This document shows positions 58,220 to 64,000 of a stretch of 64,000 nt of DNA, one piece after another. The position numbers and the translations under genes were made by a program. Each line of letters begins with the position of its first letter. Positions within the stretch are counted from its first letter, which is position 1. Under the pieces are notes generated by a model. The model did not search any database. It was not told where the DNA came from and saw only the letters and a list, made by a program, of their open reading frames with translations. Source of the DNA: Burkholderiales bacterium (GTDB taxonomy: Bacteria; Pseudomonadota; Gammaproteobacteria; Burkholderiales; Burkholderiaceae_C); contig JAEKLF010000037.1 in assembly GCA_019509985.1 (NCBI GenBank), positions 8,127 through 72,126 of the forward strand. The letters are read 5' to 3'.

Positions 58220-60099
58220 GCGCTGCCCTGGCCTATGAGCTACATGCGGCTGCGTTGGAGCTGTCGCCGGCGGAGCGAGACGACCTCGTCATCTCGTACG
58301 TTCAGCTGGCGGGCGGCGAGCGCATTCCGCTCTCTCGCTACGGTGACCCCGTCTGGAACTACACGCCATTCTTCCCCGGCGCAGCCCGCGGCAAGCAGGA
58401 CAAGGAGATTGTCTGGGCCAAGACTCCTGACGAGTGGGTTCCGTCGATGCGAAGCGCAGCCGCTGCGCTCACATACCGCAAAGCTCCTGGCGGTGTCCGA
58501 CTGGACCCGTCGACGATCCCCAAACGGCACGTCATCCTGAATGCCTTCGCGAAGTGGGCCAGCTCAGAAGGCATCAGGCGCTTCGGCGACGTCCGCGCTG
58601 CCGACTTGACCAGGTACATCCAGAAGCTTCGCGACGACGGTCTCTACGACCGTAGCCTGGCCAGCCACATTGCCATCCTGCGCAAGGTACACGAGCTTCG
58701 GGGAGCAATGCTCGACAGCTTGACCGACGAAGCTGCGACCGCGCTGCGGTTTGACCAGCTCGGCGCGCTCTGGGAGCCTGACGCGGTCAACGACCGCCGT
58801 ACTGAGCTCATCCCGCTCGCTGAGGCGTCAGCATTGTTCGTGGCCGCCAGAGAGCACCTGACCAGGGCACCAACCCTACTGCGTCTGCGTGACGACCTGG
58901 CTGAACAGTGGGAGGCCGCAAAGGTCACCTGGGACCGGAGGGTATGGGGTGACGACGTCAAGAAGCCGGCGGTGCGAGCTGCTGGCTTCCGAGACGCCCT
59001 TGAGTTCGAGTCCGCCGTCAGTGACATCCGGACTGCGGCCTACATCGTCCTCGGCATCACCACGGGTTGCCGCGTCCATGAGCTTGGCGAGGCGGAGGTG
59101 GGCTGCGTCTATCCGGACACGGTCGACGGTGAGACGTATTGGTGGCTGAAGGCCGCGACGCGCAAGATCGGCGACGGACCGATGCGTTGGCTGGCACCTG
59201 AAGTGGCCAAAGAGGCCTCCGACGCCCTCGAATGGCACTCTGCCCCCTTGCGAGCCCGCATCGCCGCTGAGCTGCCTGTCATGCGAGAGCAGTTCACAAC
59301 CGCAACCACAGAAGCGGAAAGAGCCAGGCTGGCGGCGCATATTCTTGAGCTTGAGCGCAATGCCGACCGCTTGTTCCTGAGCGAGTCGACGCGGGGCGTT
59401 GTCTCAACCGACACCAAGTCGCACAACAAGCAACTAAAGGCCTTCGCTGCACGCAAGGGCATCAAGCTCGGCGTGCCGCTTGCCACCCACCGGTTCCGCC
59501 GCACCTACGCCGTTATCGTCGTGCATCTGAACAAGGGGCCGCGCATCGACATGGTGACGCTGCAGCGCCACTTCAAGCACGCGAGCGTGCTCATGACGGA
59601 GTGGTACGCCGAGCTGTCCGAGACCGACAGGGAGCTCTACGAGCTCATCGAGACGGAGACAGGCTTCTTCGACATGGCGCTGGTCGACCACTGGCTGGAT
59701 GGATCGACGCCGCTGGCCGGCGGCCTGGGTGCCCGAATCAAGGCGTACGCAGGCAAGCATCACCAGCCCATCTTCTTCAAGACCCGGCGCGAGTTCGTTG
59801 ACAGCATCCGGGAGGGCATCAACATCCGGAGCACAGGGCACAGCTGGTGCCTGGCAGAGGCGAAGGACTGTGGCGGGCAAGGGCTTTTCGATGCTCCCCA
59901 GTGCGGCAGTTGCGGCAACGGCGTCATCGACGACAACTTCCGAGAGGTGTGGCAGAACCTTCGTCAGGACCACGAGGACTTGTCCAAGCTCGACGACATT
60001 GGGCCTGGCGGCAGGGCAAAGGCGGCGAAGGGCCTCGCAGCGGCCGAAGCCGTCCTCGCACAGCTTGAACAACCTGACGACGAGACCGCCGATGTCTGA
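58216..60099 (+). CDS. Tyrosine recombinase 3
   Basis: TTGCRVHEL, THRFRRTYA, HFKHASVLMTEWYA; C-terminal Cys cluster; ATGA overlap with the previous gene. Confidence 0.88.
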   Translation: MSAALAYELHAAALELSPAERDDLVISYVQLAGGERIPLSRYGDPVWNYTPFFPGAARGKQDKEIVWAKTPDEWVPSMRSAAAALTYRKAPGGVRLDPSTIPKRHVILNAFAKWASSEGIRRFGDVRAADLTRYIQKLRDDGLYDRSLASHIAILRKVHELRGAMLDSLTDEAATALRFDQLGALWEPDAVNDRRTELIPLAEASALFVAAREHLTRAPTLLRLRDDLAEQWEAAKVTWDRRVWGDDVKKPAVRAAGFRDALEFESAVSDIRTAAYIVLGITTGCRVHELGEAEVGCVYPDTVDGETYWWLKAATRKIGDGPMRWLAPEVAKEASDALEWHSAPLRARIAAELPVMREQFTTATTEAERARLAAHILELERNADRLFLSESTRGVVSTDTKSHNKQLKAFAARKGIKLGVPLATHRFRRTYAVIVVHLNKGPRIDMVTLQRHFKHASVLMTEWYAELSETDRELYELIETETGFFDMALVDHWLDGSTPLAGGLGARIKAYAGKHHQPIFFKTRREFVDSIREGINIRSTGHSWCLAEAKDCGGQGLFDAPQCGSCGNGVIDDNFREVWQNLRQDHEDLSKLDDIGPGGRAKAAKGLAAAEAVLAQLEQPDDETADV

Positions 60100-60505
60100 A
60101 GAGCTCACCACCCGGAAGAAGCTGACCCTGGCGTTCGCCAGGCTAAAGCGAGATGCCGCCAAGGCCGGGAAGCCTGGCCCGTCTATCAGCGCCGTTGCTC
60201 GCGAAGCCGGCGTCAGTCACACCCTCGTTCACACCAAGTACCCGGACATCGCTGACCAAATTCGCGAGGTGAGCGGCCGTGGGCCCAAACAACAGCTAGA
60301 AAAGCAGCGCACCGCGGCGAAGCGGTCCGAGGACCGAGCTGCGGAACTGCGCGCGGAGCTTGCGGACCTGAAGGTCCAAAACCGAGGACTCGCAAGTGAG
60401 AACGCGCGCCTCCTTCTGCTCGTACAAAGCCTAGAACAAAAAGTCACTGCCCTTCAGTCTGGCTCCAAGGTTGTGCAGTTGAAGCCGATGCGCCGTCCAA
60501 ATTAG
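60092..60505 (+). CDS. HTH + coiled-coil accessory protein (TnpC/DUF6262-like)
   Basis: SISAVAREAGVSHTLVHTKYP HTH followed by a heptad coiled coil; 8-nt overlap with recombinase 3. Confidence 0.7.
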   Translation: MSEELTTRKKLTLAFARLKRDAAKAGKPGPSISAVAREAGVSHTLVHTKYPDIADQIREVSGRGPKQQLEKQRTAAKRSEDRAAELRAELADLKVQNRGLASENARLLLLVQSLEQKVTALQSGSKVVQLKPMRRPN

Positions 60506-60553
60506 GTGCAGATGTCGCGCCAATGACCAAGCCGTTCCAAGCAATGATCGACC

Positions 60554-62313
60554 GTGGTTTTGAGGTCCTATGCGTATCCCATGCCGCGCCCGACTAGCTC
60601 GCTCGGCTCAAGGCGAGCCGATTACCGGCTCAGCGCCTGCGACGGTGCTGGTCCTGCGATGGAAACCGGAGTGGGTGGCGCCGCAATCGCGATGTGGCTG
60701 GTGCTCGGCAACTTGACAGCAGTCTCCGGCTCAACTTCTTCGAAGCCGAACAGGCCCTGCGGGATGCTGCGTTTGCTGAGTGGGTTGATAACCGCATCGG
60801 GGAACGCCATCGGCGCCTGCAGGAAGTGCTGATCGACCACCTTCCGCAATGAAGGGTCCTTGACCAAGCCGACCAGGTGGTCGATGTCAGCGGCGTAAAG
60901 CACCTCGATGAAGTAGCCCTTCCCAGCCGCCCGCTCCTGGGCCACTGCAACCATGGCCCTGGCTTCCGTGCTCAACTCGCCGGTCACCCAGAGTTCGAAT
61001 CGAAGGTCGAGCTTGGACAGCTCGTTGTTCTTGCGTGTCTGTGAGAGGACGACCGGCAGGCGCTTGTTCAGCCATTTGTCGACCTCGTCGTCGCTGAGCA
61101 GGTTGCCAGGCACTAGGCCCTTGCACTCGATGAACCGGATGTAGCGGTTCTTGACGATGACCCGTACATCGACCTCCGCCACGTCCTTGCCGCCCTCACG
61201 ATAAATCTTATTGAGGGTGATGTCCGCCGGCGGCTCAAGTACGCGAACGACTTCCGCCACGACGAACTCGAAGAGGGCCCCTCGCAGGGTGCCCGCCGCA
61301 CCTTCCGCCTTGCCCAAGCGCTCGAACAGCTGGCTGAACAGGACCGGGTCGACAGCCTTTTCCGCCGCCTGACTCAGGGTCCTGAGCAACTCCAGCAGAG
61401 CCTTGGCCACGTCGGTCCCAAACAGAGATTCGGGCGTCGCTGGAACGATGCCCGCCCTACGGATGAGGTCCAGCGCACCTGGCGAATAGCGGTTGGCGAC
61501 GAAGAACTGCAAGCAACGGCCCATCCCACGGAACTGCCGCAGCGTGGCGCACTTGTAGAGAAACGGGCTGACGTCGTCGACACCCACCACCTCGGTCATG
61601 AGCACGTCGATGACAAGGAAGCCGGGCTTAGGCTTCGCCGAGCTTGACCAGTCAGCCAGCGGGCCGAGGAAGGATGGCGCGGACAAGTCCCAGCTGAACG
61701 CGCCGACCAACGGGGCCGTCCCCGTCCTGTCAGCCCTCAGCTTGAACGAGTTGAAGCTGCCGAGTCCGAGCTTGGCTGCCCACTCCTGGATCGACTGCAA
61801 GAGCACCCTCTCGGCGATGAGCCGAGCACGAACTGCGGGATAGCGGTCGTCAAGGTATGAATCGCCACGGGCGAATGCCACGCAGGGCCCGACGCCGGGC
61901 ATCTCAACCATTTGCAGCAACTCCGCATCCACGAGCCGCTTGACGACTTCATCGCTGGAAATCTGCCGCTGCCCATCTGATGTGCCTGCAGCCGCCGAGA
62001 AGTGCATGGCCGGAACGATCCCGCCCCGGGCAGTGAGCGCCTTGATGGCACGGGCATACGCACCGTTTCCATCCATCAGGGCCGCGGCCAGGCGATCCCA
62101 GAACTTCGGGCTGCCGTACTGGCTTTCGAGGTACAGGAACTGGGCGCCACGCGGAAGCACCAGATTCACTGCACGGACCGACAACGTGCGTCGCTCGATG
62201 CGCTTGCGAGCAGCCGCGGGCGTGATGTTCAGCTTGGCTGCCAACGCTGCGGCCAGAGAACCACTGGTCATCGGACCATTGGCGGCTAAGAGGGCTGCTA
62301 TCTCGACGCTCAC
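60554..62313 (-). CDS. Cargo protein: N-terminal HTH-like region plus PD-(D/E)xK nuclease-like domain
   Basis: NITPAAARKRIER; AEVDVRV...FIECKG near the C-terminus; GTG start. Confidence 0.6.
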
Positions 62314-62325
62314 ATGTCCACCTTG

Positions 62326-62519
62326 CCGGATGTCACACAGCGCTATTTATAACCGGTACTGATATATGCCTCGGCACGTTTTTTTCGCCAAGGCAGAGAA
62401 GCGCCTTAACAAAATCAACAACTTAGCAGATGGCAACGGACCTCGGATGACATGCCCGATGTCACACTCGTCGTCGGGAGACGTTCCGTATCGTACTGAT
62501 CTGTACTGAGCACGATACG
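62326..62519. promoter_or_regulatory. AT-richer control/recombination region with IHF site and repeats
   Basis: AATCAACAACTTA (62413-62425) matches the IHF consensus; CC(G/C)GATGTCACAC at 62326 and 62455; CGTATCGT-N17-ACGATACG at 62487-62519. Confidence 0.5.
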
Positions 62520-62799
62520 AATACAGTATCAAACGGGCTTGCTTGCGATGCCGGCCGGCCAGTCTGGACCGGCACCCTGTCGACGCTTTAGTTCAGGTTG
62601 AAAGCCGCATCATCAGTTGGCCCAGTCGGACCGCCGCCCTCAGGCTCACGGTCGATGCCGCACAGGAGAGCCGGACAAGCGTGTCGTCTCCGCACCGACC
62701 GAAGTCCTTCCCGGGCGTCAGCGCGACCCTGGCAGGGGCAGGCCGATGCGCTCAAGACCAGCGAGCACCAGCTCCCGGCGGGCCGCGAACTCCTCTCGT

Positions 62800-63531
62800 C
62801 TAACTGCCATTGCCCAATCGCAGCGGATGGTCGGCGGGTAGCGCTGCAACACACGTTGCGAGCTTGCCCTCTAGCTCGGCGACCAGCGGCTCCAGGTGCG
62901 CTACGACCAGTTGGGGAGAGTTCAGCACTTCTGGGAAGACCCACGATGACGCCGCCCGGGACATGTAGTCGGCTTCGAACGGGTAGACGCCCCTGAAAGC
63001 CTTCAGGATGGTGTTTTCCGCGAGCTTGATGACGGCATCGCCCGAGTATCCAAATTCCCCGACATCAGGCCGTAAGCCGTGCTCGATGCGGAGGGACTTC
63101 GGAAGCTCCCAGTAGGTGGCTCTGCATTTCTGCGCCCGGTCATTGAGCTCGGCGAGCCGCATGGCGATGACCTCGGCGCTCGCCGCGGCTTCAGACTCGG
63201 CCAGGGACTGCAGATGGACGTTGGTGAGCGCTGCGGCCTCCTTCGCACCGATCTGGAAGCCACTCTCGGACAGCAGCATGCCCCGGTCAGCGCCGGTGTC
63301 GGCGACTATCTCGCGCAGGGCGAGTACGTGTAGCTTGTTCACCGGGCTCTGCCAGCACTTGCACTCGACGATCCAGGTCACCTCGAAGCCCACATGGTGC
63401 GACTTCACGAGCACGTCGACGTCGTGCTTCGTTCTGGCGCCCTGCACCGTAACGTCAGTTTGTGCATCCATCCCCAGCGACCGAAAGAAGGCCGCAGCTT
63501 CCTCTTGATAGTCCTGCCACGCAGCAGCCAT
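62800..63531 (-). CDS. Mrr-like restriction endonuclease
   Basis: WQDYQEEAAAFFRSLG, HDVDVLV, WIVECKCW, GADRGMLLSESGFQIGA. Confidence 0.82.
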   Translation of the reverse strand: MAAAWQDYQEEAAAFFRSLGMDAQTDVTVQGARTKHDVDVLVKSHHVGFEVTWIVECKCWQSPVNKLHVLALREIVADTGADRGMLLSESGFQIGAKEAAALTNVHLQSLAESEAAASAEVIAMRLAELNDRAQKCRATYWELPKSLRIEHGLRPDVGEFGYSGDAVIKLAENTILKAFRGVYPFEADYMSRAASSWVFPEVLNSPQLVVAHLEPLVAELEGKLATCVAALPADHPLRLGNGS

Positions 63532-63775
63532 GTGTCGCCCTCAAGCTGTATAGAACCGGATGCTACGAGACCGCCTGCTAGAGTCAGCCTTGAAGCCGGC
63601 GTTGCCGGCTTTCCTGCTTTTCCTCCCTGAGCAGGAGCTTCGGCTCGATGACAGCGACGAGGCTTTGCCGCCCCGGCATGTCCGGGGCGTTCTTTTTGGC
63701 CGACGCGCGGCCCGAGAAGCTGGCCTCCGCATGCCGCTTAACAGCCGTGTTACATTTTTCCTAGGGGGGAGAAAA

Positions 63776-64000
63776 TTGGTATACGTCGACGATGCCGATG
63801 TGCCTAAATACGGTCGTGGCTGGTGCCATTTGACGGCGGACAGCCTTGGTGAGCTTCATGCCTTCGCAGCTCGCATTGGCCTACCTGCCCGCGCCTTCCA
63901 TCGCGGCGCGCGCCACCCCCACTACGACATCACAGCCGACCAGCGGCTGAACGCCCTGCGCAGCGGAGCGCATCCCGTCAGCCCTCGAGAGGTCGTGCGC
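63776..64000 (+). CDS. DUF4031-like protein, 3'-truncated by window edge (absent from ORF track)
   Basis: GGGGGAGA RBS then TTG; VYVDD...WCHLTADSLGELHAFAARIGL...HPHYDIT. Confidence 0.75.
   Translation, partial: MVYVDDADVPKYGRGWCHLTADSLGELHAFAARIGLPARAFHRGARHPHYDITADQRLNALRSGAHPVSPREVVR

Larger units (their letters stand above)
54993..64000 (+). mobile_element. Tyrosine-recombinase integrative element inserted in rtcB; right end not located (may be near 62467 or beyond the window)
   Basis: rtcB interruption, visibly lower GC, three recombinase-fold genes, nuclease-type cargo. Confidence 0.8.

Noticed and set aside
55427-60099. Calling the module a canonical RIT element
   Set aside because: Two extra coupled genes and a degenerate middle recombinase do not fit the three-gene RIT layout, and I could not find matching long terminal inverted repeats; family left unassigned

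Overview
High-GC betaproteobacterial chromosome segment (Burkholderiales-like gene content and synteny). Positions 1-50200 are mostly core or metabolic genes: radical SAM, ParA-family ATPase, two M16 peptidases, topB-SET-birA-SPOR, a GlyGly-CTERM subtilase, a rhombosortase, glnE/yhdP/nitrilase, a tricorn S41 protease, three two-component modules and a small ACP/ketosynthase/Cys-elbow hydrolase cluster. From about 50550 there is a candidate translation-stress/RNA-repair operon: divergent HTH gene, sigma70 promoter with palindromic operators, leader ORF plus intrinsic terminator, a structured RNA, three full-length tRNAs (Glu, Pro, Asp; two atypical), an HNH endonuclease, several CCA-ended tRNA-like fragments, a slipin, a hypothetical gene and rtcB. 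rtcB is cut at the codon for its catalytic Cys (DIGC) by a lower-GC element. That element carries a translationally coupled five-gene module with three tyrosine-recombinase-fold genes, followed by nuclease-type cargo, and may run past the window end. All calls come from reading sequence and motifs by eye; no database search was run.
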